Of a stretch of 64,000 bases of DNA, positions 28,457 through 41,965 are shown piece after piece. The translations under genes were made by a program, and so were the position numbers. Under the pieces are notes generated by a model. That model was not told where the DNA came from. It ran no database searches and worked only from the letters and a program-made list of their open reading frames with translations. Each line of letters starts with the position of its first letter. The first letter of the stretch is position 1. Source of the DNA: Octopus bimaculoides (taxonomy: Eukaryota). The stretch is taken from positions 79,411,482 to 79,475,481 of the forward strand of contig NC_068987.1 of the NCBI RefSeq assembly GCF_001194135.2, written 5' to 3'.

Positions 28457-28812
28457 CAGTGATACCTCAAAGAAAGAGCTTAATTCGTTCCATGACCGAG
28501 CTCGTCTTACGATTTACTCGTTTTACAAATCAATTTTCCCCATTGAAATTATCTAAAATATAATTAATCCGTTCCAGCCCCGAAAACCACCCAAAAATAA
28601 TTTTTTATGGGTTTTAAAACAGAAAAGATGTAGTTACAAGTAAGATGACAATTATAAAAAAGGGAATGCAAAACTCTAAAAATTTGTGTGTACGATTTGT
28701 GTGCTCGTACTGCGGATTTCCATTCGTACTTCAAGACAAAAATTCACACGAGCCTCGGCTCGTACAGCAAATTACTTGTACAATGGTGCACACGTACTAC
28801 GAAGTTCTACTG
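28457..28812. mobile_element. Tigger/pogo-like MITE (Tc1/mariner superfamily)
   Basis: TA|CAGTGATACCTC ... GAAGTTCTACTG|TA: imperfect TIRs (CAGTGATACCTC vs CAGTAGAACTTC), TA on both sides, subterminal TTAATTCGTTCC like Tigger ends, 356 bp, no coding capacity. Confidence 0.75.
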
Positions 28813-28966
28813 TATATAGTGACGTATAGATCGGGATTCATTGAAAACTATACTGGCAAATTTTGTTATTACATTAAAGAATAGGTTAGTAATTATGTGA
28901 CTAGATAGATATATAGTTAGACAGATAAATAGATAAGTAGCTAGATATCAAATATAACTCATAAGA

Positions 28967-29202
28967 TTGGGTTGTCAGATAAATTCATTCGTTTTTTGTT
29001 TTCATTTACTTTAATCCTAATTTTTAATCAACAATTTTTAACGAATCTAGTCATTAATCTAGACCCCCTTCGTTGTTCATTACTTCTTTCCAATAGTTCC
29101 CAAACCCGTCAACGCCTTGACAGTAGAAATTACTGGTTTGCAAGAAGTGTTGGTAAAAACTAATGAATAGAAGAAAGCGAACGAGTTTATCTGACAACCC
29201 AA
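28967..29202. mobile_element. mariner-like MITE
   Basis: 31-bp TIRs with 27/31 identity and the first 17 bp perfect (TTGGGTTGTCAGATAAA); 236 bp; flanked by GA on each side instead of TA. Confidence 0.8.
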
Positions 29203-29248
29203 GAGAATAGCTTAAACATTTAGGATAACTTCTGATAATATAGTCAAG

Positions 29249-29458
29249 AGGGCGGCGAGCTGGCAGAATCGTTAGCACGTCGGGCGAAATGCTTAGTGGT
29301 ATTTCGTCTGTCTTTACGTTCTGAGTTCAAATTGCACTGAGGTCGACTTTTCCTTTCGGGTCGATAAACTAAGCATTAGTTTCGTACTAGGGCCGATGTA
29401 ATCGACTGGCCCCCTCCCGCCAAATTTCGGGCCTTGCACCTACAGTAGAAAAGAATAT
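29249..29458 (+). mobile_element. Deu/Nin-like SINE, well preserved
   Basis: GGCGGCGAGCTGGCAGAATCGTTAGCAC...GTTCTGAGTTCAAAT...GAGGTCGACTTT...GGGTCGATAAA...GGCCTTGCACC. Confidence 0.9.
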
Positions 29459-29794
29459 AGTTAAGTTAAGGCGGCGAGCTGGCAGAAACGTTAGCACGCC
29501 GGGCGAAATGCTTAGTGGCATTTCATCCGTCTANNNNNNNNNNGGCGAAATGCTTAGTGGTATTTCGTCTGTCTTTACGTTCTGAGTTCAAATTGCACTG
29601 AGGTCGACTTTTCCTTTCGGGTCGATAAACTAAGCATTAGTTTCGTACTAGGGCCGATGTAATCGACTGGCCCCCTCCCGCCAAATTTCGGGCCTTGCAC
29701 CTACAGTAGAAAAGAATATAGTTAAGTTAAGGCGGCGAGCTGGCAGAAACGTTAGCACGCCGGGCGAAATGCTTAGTGGCATTTCATCCGTCTA
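29283..29794 (+). repeat. Identical 251-bp duplication across a 10-N gap (probable assembly artefact)
   Basis: 29283-29533 equals 29544-29794, separated only by N10. Confidence 0.9.
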
Positions 29795-29942
29795 AACGAC
29801 TTGAGCTCAAATTCCGTGGAGGTTGTTTTTGCCTTTCATCATTTTGGGTGTTGATAAAATAAGTACCAGCTGAAGACTGGGTCTAGTGTAATCGACTTGA
29901 TCCATCTCCGAAATTACTGACCACGAACTAAAATTTGAAAGC
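29468..29942 (+). mobile_element. Second head-to-tail Deu/Nin-like SINE (span inflated by a gap-flanking duplication)
   Basis: AAGGCGGCGAGCTGGCAGAAACG at 29468 and again after the gap. Removing the 251-bp duplicate leaves one copy ending AAAATTTGAAAGC. Confidence 0.85.
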
Positions 29943-32836
29943 AATATAAATAGTGAAATTAGATTGCGAATATTTTTTAATGAATTCAAAACTGCAAGTT
30001 TATTAGTATCTTAATTAATCAGGTGGAAAATTAGACGTAAAATATGCTATCACAATACAGTCGTGCTATTAAATCACTATAAAGAGTATGAAATAAATTT
30101 ACTGTAGAAATGTGTACAGAGAAGGGACGAGAAAGAAACGGAATATCAGAAACGAAACATACGTAATTCTTTTCGTTTTCAACTGTTTTCTGTTATGGCG
30201 CCCAAAAGTGTTTATCTTCCCATAACTCTTATTTTGTTTTCTGGAGTCTATTGTATGAAGATCCCATCAGATTTAAGGTGGAACCTTTATAACGTTATAT
30301 CACTAAAACGAAACGTTAAGATTTGAATGAGATCAACCTCTTATGATGATAGATATTCATTATCAATCGTAATTGAACAATGGAAACAAAAAGGAGCTAA
30401 AAGAAATAACTCTGAGATGATAGTGGCTTCTATTTGAAAAACATAGAGGTATATCAGATTCCATAAGGCATAATGTCTTGACTTATTAAAAATCTCCGCC
30501 TCCAGAGGATGTACTATAATTACCAAATATCAATTAAGACCAGCTGAACTTGAAAAGGGGAAACCAGGATTACACTCAACTATACTGATCAGAAATGTTT
30601 CGTATTTGCTAACATTGTTCGATTACATTCCGATGAAATTGTAAAAATGGAAAGAAATATAACAATTTGAAAAAAAGCTTCTCGATGAATCCTTAAAGGA
30701 AATGCCCTTTGTTACAGTGAAAGGCACAACCTTTAATTGACTTAATGAAGTTAATTAATGATTTACATTGTAATTAGCACCGAATTCAGAGGAATGACAT
30801 TAAATTAATAGCAAGATTTTTTTTTAGCGAGAAAGTGTTTAATAGAGGGAAGAAGATTAATTATAATCTCTTAGTTTGGAAAATACAATCTTCATACTTA
30901 TTGAGAAATTGATTATTGAGAAATGTTTTAACTTGTCAAGCCTGGTTTAGTAGTAACAACTACGTAAATTGAAATAGTATACGAAAGCGGAAAAAAGTAT
31001 TAAACGTGACTATCTATACGATATTTGAGTAATTGTTAAAAATCACACTTTCTATTAGTTTGGTTATGAATAACACTGAATAAGTTTGCAAGATATTTTT
31101 GTATTTTTTCATAACAGACATCCACTTAACCCAACATTTTATTCATAGATATTCGTTCATACAGTTTCGTGTTACAAGGTTCGACTTAGGTACTAAAATC
31201 TACCAAACTAAATTTAGTTCGGGAGACGATCACCCCCACATTCTTCTTATACTCTGCTGTCTCTGTCCCTCTCCATCTCACACAGTCTTTTTTTTTTATC
31301 GGTTTCACCTCGAGGTGTAAGTGGAAAAAACGTTCAGTTCAAGCAATTGACGGGATATGACTTCAGTAAAGAATCTTTGATTCTTTTTCAGAGATGCCAA
31401 TATCTTTTTATTTTGCGGCTATTGCATCTTCTATGAATAGATACATTTAATTGTGCACAGTACATGCATACAAATATAAAGGTAACACAGGCATTGCTTT
31501 ATATACATTATAGACGAGGTAATATATACATACATTTATACAAACATACACACACACAAACACACATACATATGTAAGTAATTGCGTGTACTAACATTTT
31601 GCATGCAACCAGGTTCAATATATTGCAAGTACTTATTTAAGTATATATCTATCATGTCGTTCGTTACTTTATTTGTTATTTAAATTTGTTGTCTGTATAA
31701 AAAAAAGGAAACAACTCTAACAATCTCTGTTAACTATTAACGCCGTTATATCATTTACCAGTGCTTTCTACACAAACTTTAAATGCAGTGGCTGTTTGAA
31801 AGACAACGTACAATATATATAAGTATATATAGAAATGACCCGGCAGATCATCTGATGAAGTAGTCTTCTTTTTCTAGTTCGCTAAATTTCAATAGAAACG
31901 CATAAAGATATATAGCAAAGTAAAGAAGTTCAATAAAAAAAAGAAGAAAAAAAAGAAGAACTCGAGTAAATAAATAGAAATATCTGTTAGTATGGTGTGT
32001 AAAAGAAACAATATGTAGATAAAGAAAAATAAAACTGGGCAAAAGCAGGAAGCAAATGATTTGATATAAAAGTTTAAATTCTAATATATGTTTGACAAAT
32101 TGGAAGAAGATGGCTAAATTAGATTTCGTCCAATATATACAATAGGGTTTCCTTCCTAATTCACTTCTATGCAGCCGTATTAATGTAAGCATTATTTCTC
32201 CTCCATTGGAACCCGAATAACAAGGTAGATGAATCGTTTGAAGTTTGCTCGCCATGAAATGCTAGAATGGGGTATATTATTAAGAAGCTTCCATCATTCG
32301 AATCTATCTTAGAAGGTGAGAAGCTGTGCCAAGGAAATAGCTTTGAAATCAAATTACGCTTTACGATATGGAAAGCGGGAGAGCAGTATGTGCTGCCAAG
32401 AGGCCTTTTTACTTCGTGATGGAATCGTTACTTGTCACGCCATTGGTATATCCCCAGCTACTTAAGTCCATGCCATTGGACAGCAGCAATTCGATATTTT
32501 AGCTAAACTACAAAATGAAAAGGAATCAAAAGTCAGTAAACGCAAGTCTTTCTACAAAGGCAAAGCTATATCCAGCTTGCTACACAACACAAACATATTT
32601 AAAAGGAACGGTGTTTTCTTCCGAGTAAACATGTTTTAAATTTATTCCATACGTTATATTAAAATTATTTATTCAATTTTCATTTTTAAAAGTAAGATGA
32701 ATCTTGCTGCTATATTTCAATCAAGCATTCTTATAAATTTGTGTATGTATTTGTCCTATTATTATGATTGATATTAAATGTAATGACATCTAATTTATAT
32801 AACGATGAATTGGACCTGATATAATTTTCTTTACAG

Positions 32837-33041
32837 CAGGCATCCGGCCCAAAAATGAAAACAATAAAGATATTGTAATATCAGGAGTGACTGCCCCAAC
32901 AGATGTTTTCTGCTCTGTACCTGGCCGTCTTTCCTTGCTCAGTTCAACGTCCAAATATAAAGTGACCGTTGCAGAAGTTCAAAGACGGTTATCACCCCCA
33001 GAATGTCTAAATGCATCACTGCTAGGAGGCGTTCTGAGACG
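32837..33041 (+). CDS. TFAP2: AP-2 family transcription factor, internal exon (start of DNA-binding/basic region)
   Basis: Hand translation gives (A)[67 protein letters not shown](R), the AP-2 hallmark motif. Acceptor ttttctttacag at 32835-36 (alternative AG at 32838-39), donor GTAAGT at 33042. Phase 1 in, phase 2 out. Paralog class cannot be assigned. Confidence 0.97.
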
Positions 33042-34757
33042 GTAAGTGAAAATATTATTTTGGAACTGCATCTTCCCAAATGTCTCTCAAACCCGCCACG
33101 ATTATTGAAAAAGAGCCCCCCCCCCAAACAAAAACAAACCATTTAGATGAACAACCATTTACTAGGAAGAAATACTTAGCAAGGACGTAAGAATTAGTGA
33201 CTGAGAAATCAAAACTTCGAATCTAATTACATTAACAACCATTGCACATTGCAGTTAAATCTTAAATTTTTAATGAAGTTAAAGGTACCAATCCCTCGGT
33301 TACTTTTATGNNNNNNNNNNNNNNNNNNNNNNNNNNNNNNNNNNNNNNNNNNNNNNNNNNNNNNNNNNNNNNNNNNNNNNNNNNNNNNNNNNNNNNNNNN
33401 NNNNNNNNNNNNNNNNNNNNNNNNNNNNNNNNNNNNNNNNNNNNNNNNNNNNNNNNNNNNNNNNNNNNNNNNNNNNNNNNNNNNNNNNNNNNNNNNNNNN
33501 NNNNNNNNNNNNNNNNNNNNNNNNNNNNNNNNNNNNNNNNNNNNNNNNNNNNNNNNNNNNNNNNNNNNNNNNNNNNNNNNNNNNNNNNNNNNNNNNNNNN
33601 NNNNNNNNNNNNNNNNNNNNNNNNNNNNNNNNNNNNNNNNNNNNNNNNNNNNNNNNNNNNNNNNNNNNNNNNNNNNNNNNNNNNNNNNNNNNNNNNNNNN
33701 NNNNNNNNNNNNNNNNNNNNNNNNNNNNNNNNNNNNNNNNNNNNNNNNNNNNNNNNNNNNNNNNNNNNNNNNNNNNNNNNNNNNNNNNNNNNNNNNNNNN
33801 NNNNNNNNNNNNNNNNNNNNNNNNNNNNNNNNNNNNNNNNNNNNNNNNNNNNNNNNNNNNNNNNNNNNNNNNNNNNNNNNNNNNNNNNNNNNNNNNNNNN
33901 NNNNNNNNNNNNNNNNNNNNNNNNNNNNNNNNNNNNNNNNNNNNNNNATATATATATATATATACATATAGATGTGCATGTATGTGTATATGTGTATACA
34001 CGTATATAAACACATAGAATACACAAGGTTGCATATTCATACATGCACTCACATCGCCGTATGCGCAAATATATATGTGTATATATGTGTGTGTGTGCCT
34101 GTGTATGTGTGTATGCAACGAATAATATTTGAATGAATGTTCCTCTGAGTGAGTTAACTATTGTATCTATGAATTTAATGCTTTCTATGAATGCAGTCAT
34201 ATATATTGCAGCATTGCAGCAAGTATAAACCTTCTTTCGCCAGAGGCAAAATGCAATCAGAAAAAAAAGAACACAAAACAAAAAATTTAAAAAAGTAAAA
34301 TAAAAAAAACAAACTTTAATTTACTTTTTAAAATATACCATAAGTTCACAACTCAAAGACTTCGTTACAGCGCAACTAATAGCAACTACATGAATGAAAA
34401 AACAACAAAAATCAATGAAATAATCATAAAAGCAATAACGTTTTTTTTACTTCTTCTAGATGACGAAGAATGAAGTGTAATTTCATATACACACATTCAC
34501 ACACACACAGACGCATGTACGCACACTATATATACATGTGCTAAACTCTCCCCACCACACACATGGAGAGATATGTGTTTATACATGCTCCAATACATAC
34601 ATAGACAACGACATATTTATACATATTGAGACACATACAAACACGCACACACACATACATATATACATGTATTTATACACTTATATGTGTATAAATGTGC
34701 ACGTATCAATATCAATATATATATATATAATATATATGTATACACTACATACATACA

Positions 34758-34807
<50 letters not shown>

Positions 34808-34987
34808 TATATATGTCTAGGTGAGTGAGAGGGGGTATGAGAAAAAGAGAAAGCCTATGCGATTGGTTCTTTTGTTTCTCCTGAATTCTTTAAGGCATTG
34901 CAGAAATCCTGTTTTACTCTACAAAAGTTGTAATATATGTAGTACTACTTCTGCTGCCGCGCACCACACACCACCACCAGTACCCCC

Positions 34988-35023
<36 letters not shown>

Positions 35024-35894
35024 ATGAAGTAAAAGCTTTCTTTCTTGTCGATGTGTGATGGTAATTGTATAACATGAGAGAATAAAAATCATCCCAACTA
35101 GTTTGTCGTCAACTGACTCAGAGAGTATTGACCATACAAAAGAATAAACCTTTTTTGCATAGAAAACTTGCTTTCTAACTTTATGGCAGTACCAATTTTT
35201 TCCCACGCTTCCATAAGCTATTTTATATTTTACCAGGTATTTATTGAATTAAGTATATAAAAATATGAGTATATGTATGTATATCACTTTGCCTGGACTA
35301 GATGTGATTGTTTCTTTATTTCTATAACTTACTTTTATAAATTACTTTTTATTAATTCAATTCCTTGAACAGACCACATTCTGTATGGACAATACAAGGT
35401 CACTGTTTATGTTCCGTAACCTGGAACTCCTTTATTGTTACATTTTTGTAGCATACCTTCGCACTAAGAGTTTTTTACTAACGGACGTGTACACACATAC
35501 ACACACACGCGGACACACATACACACACACACACACGTATTCATTTCTTTGTAAGTGAGAATCACTAATGTACCAGAATGTATAAGAAGCTATATTATTT
35601 ATTTCTAAATAACAATGACTATATTGGAATGTAAATTCATATGTTCAGAAGACATAATTTTGTGTCTGCTACAGTTTCACATCGTCTTGAGACGTTTTCC
35701 AATTACGATTTAATAACAAAACAATGACTTCACAGATAAAGATACCCAACAAATGTCTGTGCTTCAAATGGATATCAGAAAAGAAATGTTTTTTTCTTTT
35801 TTCTTGTTGATGCTTTAATATATTGTGTACTCGTTTTTCATAAGTTTTGTGCCTTATTTATTCACATTTATTTTTCTATTCATCTTTTGTGCAG
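33042..35894 (+). other. GT-AG intron between the two AP-2 exons (contains a 637-nt N gap)
   Basis: Starts GTAAGT, ends TGTGCAG; phase 2 matches both flanking exons. Confidence 0.93.
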
Positions 35895-36013
35895 GGCCAA
35901 ATCAAAGAATGGCGGTAGGTCTTTGAGAGAAAAACTGGAAAAGATAGGTCTTAGTTTGCCAGCAGGTCGACGAAAAGCCGCCAATGTTACTTTACTTACA
36001 TCTTTGGTGGAAG
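35895..36013 (+). CDS. TFAP2: AP-2 family transcription factor, next exon (basic region/helix 1)
   Basis: Translates (R)[39 protein letters not shown](G). Acceptor catcttttgtgcag, donor GTAAGT at 36014, 119 nt. CG|G across the intron restores the Arg codon of [13 protein letters not shown]. Confidence 0.97.
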
Positions 36014-36162
36014 GTAAGTCTTAATACTGATAACAGCACGTATTTGTTATTTCATTTCTCAGAAATGAAGTTTAAATTATTTGTTGTGAGACAGATTCGT
36101 GAAGGTGGCCTAACTGCAGTACTCTCTATAATGACATTTTCCAGAAGTTACCAGACAACACA

Positions 36163-36420
<258 letters not shown>

Positions 36421-37573
36421 GAGAGATCAAGCTTCTAATTAATAGAGAAACATTGGTGTTTGTGATATATTTGCTTCTTCCCATTCGAATTCAAACCCTA
36501 AAATTCGACACATTACGCATGATCAAGAACGCTGGAGCACTGGAAATATCATACTGTGTTTCAAAGCGCAGAATATCTCGAACAATGTTCCTGATATATC
36601 GAGGGCTTTTAAATTAGGCACCGTATTATCACGAAATTTAAAAATAATATATCTATAAGCATTTACCTGAATACTTGCATACTAACACCGTGATTGTTAT
36701 AGAAATTAAAATGAAATTTATGCGAGATGAAGGAAATCTGCCATCATTGATCTAAGGATTATATAATAACTCATTATAAAAGATAGCAGGGTGAAATTTA
36801 AGTAAGATTTATCAGCATTTTAATAGCGAGTCGAGGAACAAGCCGAGTAAAGCAGGACAACTTAATATAATAGATACATAAATAGATAAGTCGATGGAAA
36901 GATTGATGTAAATGCACGAATTCTACGAGTACAAATACACACACACACACCCACACACATATATATATGTACACACACACACAAATATATATACTTGTAT
37001 GTATATACATGTACATATATATGTATATGTGTATACAAACGCGCAGAATTTTCTCAATGCAATACAAGGTCTTATATTCTTTTACTAGAAAGAAGTCGAA
37101 TGAAATATGGTAATGAAATAGAATAAAATAAATATTCTTTAAATATCATTTTATACACCGAGGGTACATACATAATATATATATATTATATGTATATGTA
37201 TGTGAATATATACATATATGTGTATGTACATACATATATATGTGTGTGTACTTAGGTCTGTACATATTTATATGTTTGTGTGTGCACGTGTGTGTATGAA
37301 ATGTGTGTGTGTGTGTGAAAAAACAACTCTCCTATAAATATAATATTATTCGTTATTACTTTATACGTTCAAGAGATATAAAACTAAAATTACAGTTAAA
37401 TCCAAGGGGATTTTGATTCACAATTCTGAGACTTGAGGTCAATAAATATAAACATCGTTAGGCATTTTTTTACGGTTTCAACTGTTATTACTAAATTGAA
37501 TATTGATCGGTTGGTAAATTATATTTATATTTTACACCCACACCCCTACATACACACATATGCATATTGTTCA

Positions 37574-37648
<75 letters not shown>

Positions 37649-38655
37649 TTAGATCNNNNNNNNNNNNNNNNNNNNNNNNNNNNNNNNNNNNNNNNNNNNN
37701 NNNNNNNNNNNNNNNNNNNNNNNNNNNNNNNNNNNNNNNNNNNNNNNNNNNNNNNNNNNNNNNNNNNNNNNNNNNNNNNNNNNNNNNNNNNNNNNNNNNN
37801 NNNNNNNNNNNNNNNNNNNNNNNNNNNNNNNNNNNNNNNNNNNNNNNNNNNNNNNNNNNNNNNNNNNNNNTATATATATATATATATATATATTATTGCT
37901 GTGGATTCCGTACACTTTCCGTGTTATTTAGTGTAAGGTCAACCTTGGTTTTAACAGTTATTTGATTGCATGCCTTGTGGCCCCGAAATCTTATCTCTTT
38001 GTATATCAAAGATTATATTGACTCTCTTGTCTCTCCTTTTCTTTGAGTATAAGGCATGATCTCAAGGAATGTCGCTGCCATTTCATTTGAGTTTCTGTAC
38101 TTGTTAAACCACGAGTGAGCTTCCATTGAGCAGACCTATAAATTAAAGACACATCGGCCATTACTACGCTGTCTTTTTACTGCGCTCAGTGAATTCAGTT
38201 CTATATTATCCGAAGCCTTTTCGTTTTATGTTTGCTAAGACTATAGAGTGTAATTCGAAGTAGATTTGTTTATAAATCCTGATCAGTTCCCCAGGTTGGT
38301 TCGTTTATTTTAATGGATAGTCTATAGGTGAAGCAAGCTCCCGTATGTTCAGAGAAAGGGTACGTATGTGCAAAGAGGACGATTTCCAGTTGAAACGCTA
38401 TTAGATATGGAAGAGTATTCGAATTGCTCAGCTTTCAAGCTACTTGTATGGTCAATCAAAACACTTAGTGACACATTCAATTAATGAGTCGCTTTTCTAA
38501 ACAGCATACTGGTGCTGCTAATTAAGGAATATTTAATTACAATGAACGCGGCTGTCACATAGCCACGTTGCATTTACACGTGATTTCCACTACGTTCTTT
38601 CTTTTCATTTCCATTCTGACACAGAAGCAGCTTTATTTCAATTCCATTCCATCAC

Positions 38656-38781
38656 GTGACCTTTGCCTTTTATTCATCCCGGGTCGATAAAATAAAGAAT
38701 CACTCAAGAAGTAATGGCATAGCTCATACTAAGTCACAGTCTTTCAAAATTGCTGGCATTGTGCTAAAATTTGAATCTATT
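38656..38781 (+). mobile_element. 3' half of a Deu/Nin-like SINE
   Basis: GACCTTTGCCTTTTATTC...GGGTCGATAAAATAA...AAAATTGCTGGCATTGTGCTAAAATTTGAA. Confidence 0.75.
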
Positions 38782-38787
38782 CAATGC

Positions 38788-38965
38788 AGTGATCTGGCAG
38801 ATTCGTTATCACAAAAATGCTTCGCGGCATTTCTTCCGATTTTACGGTGTTGGTTCAAATGCCGCCGAGGTCGATTTGTCTTTTATCTTTCGGGATCGAC
38901 AAAATATGTTCCAACTGAAGTAATCCACTTCCCCACCTCTTAAATTTCCTAGCCTTGTGCTTATA
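38788..38965 (+). mobile_element. Deu/Nin-like SINE followed by a long (ATT)n tail
   Basis: CTGGCAGATTCGTTA...GGTTCAAATGCCGCCGAGGTCGATTTG...CTAGCCTTGTGC. Confidence 0.8.
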
Positions 38966-39032
<67 letters not shown>

Positions 39033-39063
39033 GTTATTATTATTATTATTATTATTATCATTA

Positions 39064-39119
<56 letters not shown>

Positions 39120-39195
39120 GTTGTTGTTATTGTTATTGTTATTATTATTANNNNNNNNNNTATAACTGGGACAGCTAAAGTGTTGATACCCATTA

Positions 39196-39257
<62 letters not shown>

Positions 39258-39273
39258 GTTGTTGTTATTGTTA

Positions 39274-39314
<41 letters not shown>

Positions 39315-39318
39315 GTTA

Positions 39319-39387
<69 letters not shown>
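38966..39387. repeat. Long (ATT)n/(GTT)n array
   Basis: Direct reading; interrupted by N10 and a short unique segment. Confidence 0.95.
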
Positions 39388-39388
<1 letters not shown>

Positions 39389-39826
39389 GTGTGCTTTTGC
39401 TCTTTGAGTCATAGCATATTGAAATGACGCATTTGATTTACTCTCTCTGAATTCTTCGACAACAGGAAGTGATTCCTACAGCATCACAGTAATACATTCT
39501 TGTGACAGTTTTGTCTGGTGTCGTAAACGGTGCCAGATGCAATCTCTTTAGTTAATTCTTTTTTTTTTATTTCATGTCAATCGTATATATTTAGATAATT
39601 CTTTACGTTCGGTCGTCAATAGGAAAATGTATACGCCAAACAAGTAACAAACAGCTAATAGATACAATGTTTCTCCACTCTTCCCCTTCTTCTCTCTCTC
39701 TCTTGATGTGTGTATGTGTGTGTATGCATGTATGTATGTATGTATGTATGTATGTATGTACGTATGTATGTAGGATTATATACAAGTATACACGCATTGG
39801 TGTTTGTATGAGTGTATATAAAAATA

Positions 39827-39869
<43 letters not shown>

Positions 39870-41933
39870 TATATATACACACACACATAGTCACACAGAG
39901 AGACAGATAGAGAGAGTACAGAGGGAGCTTGAGGCAGACTGACTTATACAGATAGTGAGATAGCTCGCATATATTCAAAGATACAGACTCAGTGTGAGAG
40001 TTAATGTGAGACAGTGAGGAAGAGACAGAAAGAATGAAAGACAGAGAGAAAGAGAGTGTGTCAATGAGCGAGTCAGTGAAACGAAGCATTAAAATAAGGA
40101 GAAGATTGAATAGAAACTTGCAAAACTGCAACGAAGCTAAATGGGTCTTTGTGTCTTTGTTATGTTTGTTTGTTGCTCTTTACTTATAGGTTAGTAATTC
40201 CGCTATTTCTCTTCCTCTAAGAGTAGAGAGCTCGTCACATAGAATAGAGCTTGTTATAGCAAGTTCTGGCGTCCAAATTAAAGGTAAATTTATTCCTCTT
40301 TAAATGTCACATTTACTGTAGTCCATTTTATCTATTACCTAACAAACATATCAGCCAACATTGCTGGTGATACTGGTAAATGGTAAATGGACTGTAACTA
40401 ATGCAGACAAATGTCACTATCAATGGAAATAAAACAGAAAGAAACACTATCCGACATGAGATGAAGTGAGTGGAGGAAGTATCGGTCAAATATAATAACA
40501 GCGACAACACTGAAAATGTACAAGTGGTCAGTGTTAATGGACAGAATGCTTAACTTTCATCAGAACAGGTCAAGCGGCTTATCTGTCTGCTGTCGGTGTT
40601 CTCGATCTCACCATATCACATCACATTTTCTCGTTTCTTCGAACAGTAGACAACTAACGCCGTCCGTCTTCTTATCCATTGGGAAATAGTTGCGAATACT
40701 AATATAATTTATATTTTCTACTTTGATAATCAATTAACTTAAATTCACATTCTAAACCTAATTAACGCTTGTGCTTGTGCGATTAGCAAGGAAAAGCATT
40801 CAGACGAATGTGTTCACATTTTAACGACATTTGTTTGTTAGACAAACAAATTCTAACCAACACCTTAGAAGATTAAACAAACCTTTTAGCTAAACAGCGT
40901 GATGTGTTTATCTCTCATGACTAGATAAGATTCAGTCGCACTTTGTAATGTTTTATAAAGATATAGTGTCCAATTGTTCCCTTTATTTTGTTTCGTCTTG
41001 GTTATTTCCTAAAGTATAAATTCCGAAGATATTCTGCGTATTATATATCAACGAATGTCGAATGATATGTGTGTGATTCTATTTAAAGTATTTCAGCTTC
41101 TTAAGCGAGTAGTTTGTCAGTGGAAGTTTTAATACATGTGCGTTGATGAATAAATTTTTGTGAACGCATTTATATGAATGAGCAGTTACTAATGCATACA
41201 GGTTGTGCTGATATGATTCTCATGTTATACATACATGGCATAAGTATATACATGTATATACGCACACATGTGTGCGTATATATATATATATATATATATA
41301 AATAGGCTGATAAGCATTTTTGTTTACCTCCGAACAAAAAGACATTCACAAATCTTAAAAATCTCAACCTCTTTAGTTCTTGTATTGTTACTCCAAGTTT
41401 CACATTGCCGATTATTCGAACGATTGGAGTAAGAAAGCAGCATGCGCTATATGAAAGAAAGTATTAACAAACACCGTATCTTTCATGTATTTTACACATA
41501 TAATACTGAAAATATGAAAATGTCACGTGTATGTGAATTGATGAGACATCACGTGGTCTCTGCTAATTTTTACGCTATCGATCAGTGAAATACCGATGAT
41601 CAACTGATATATTTATCTATTCACTTGCAACCGTACTTGATATGTCCATGTGTGCCAGACTCGAGAGCAAGGAATGTGTTTAGGAATAGTTCTATTCGAA
41701 TATCGTCACGCACTGTCTATGATTCAATAATCTGAATAAGCTGCGTCTAACTGGGAGTTAAGTTTTCAAACAATTTGCATACTTATATATATATTTATTA
41801 CAAACGACCATTGAAGCATCGAGTGACATATTTTTGGAACTTAAGACAATCTTGAACGTATGAAAAAAAGAATTGTTTTCACAGCTATTCTCTTACGTTC
41901 GAGATTCTCCTTCCATTTCTAAATATTATATAC

Positions 41934-41965
<32 letters not shown>

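Noticed and set aside
29283-29794. Apparent four-copy SINE array or CRISPR-like repeat
   Set aside because: The 251 bp either side of N10 are identical, typical of unmerged contig overlap. The true structure is probably two SINEs, and there is no repeat-spacer pattern.
31286-31316. Acceptor/donor pair giving a 31-nt exon
   Set aside because: Encodes SFFFIGFTSR from a poly-T run, with no resemblance to AP-2 linker exons.
32175-32184. 10-nt microexon (tatgcag|CCGTATTAAT|gtaagc)
   Set aside because: To join the phase-1 AP-2 exon it must be read from phase 0, which gives CCG TAT TAA (stop).
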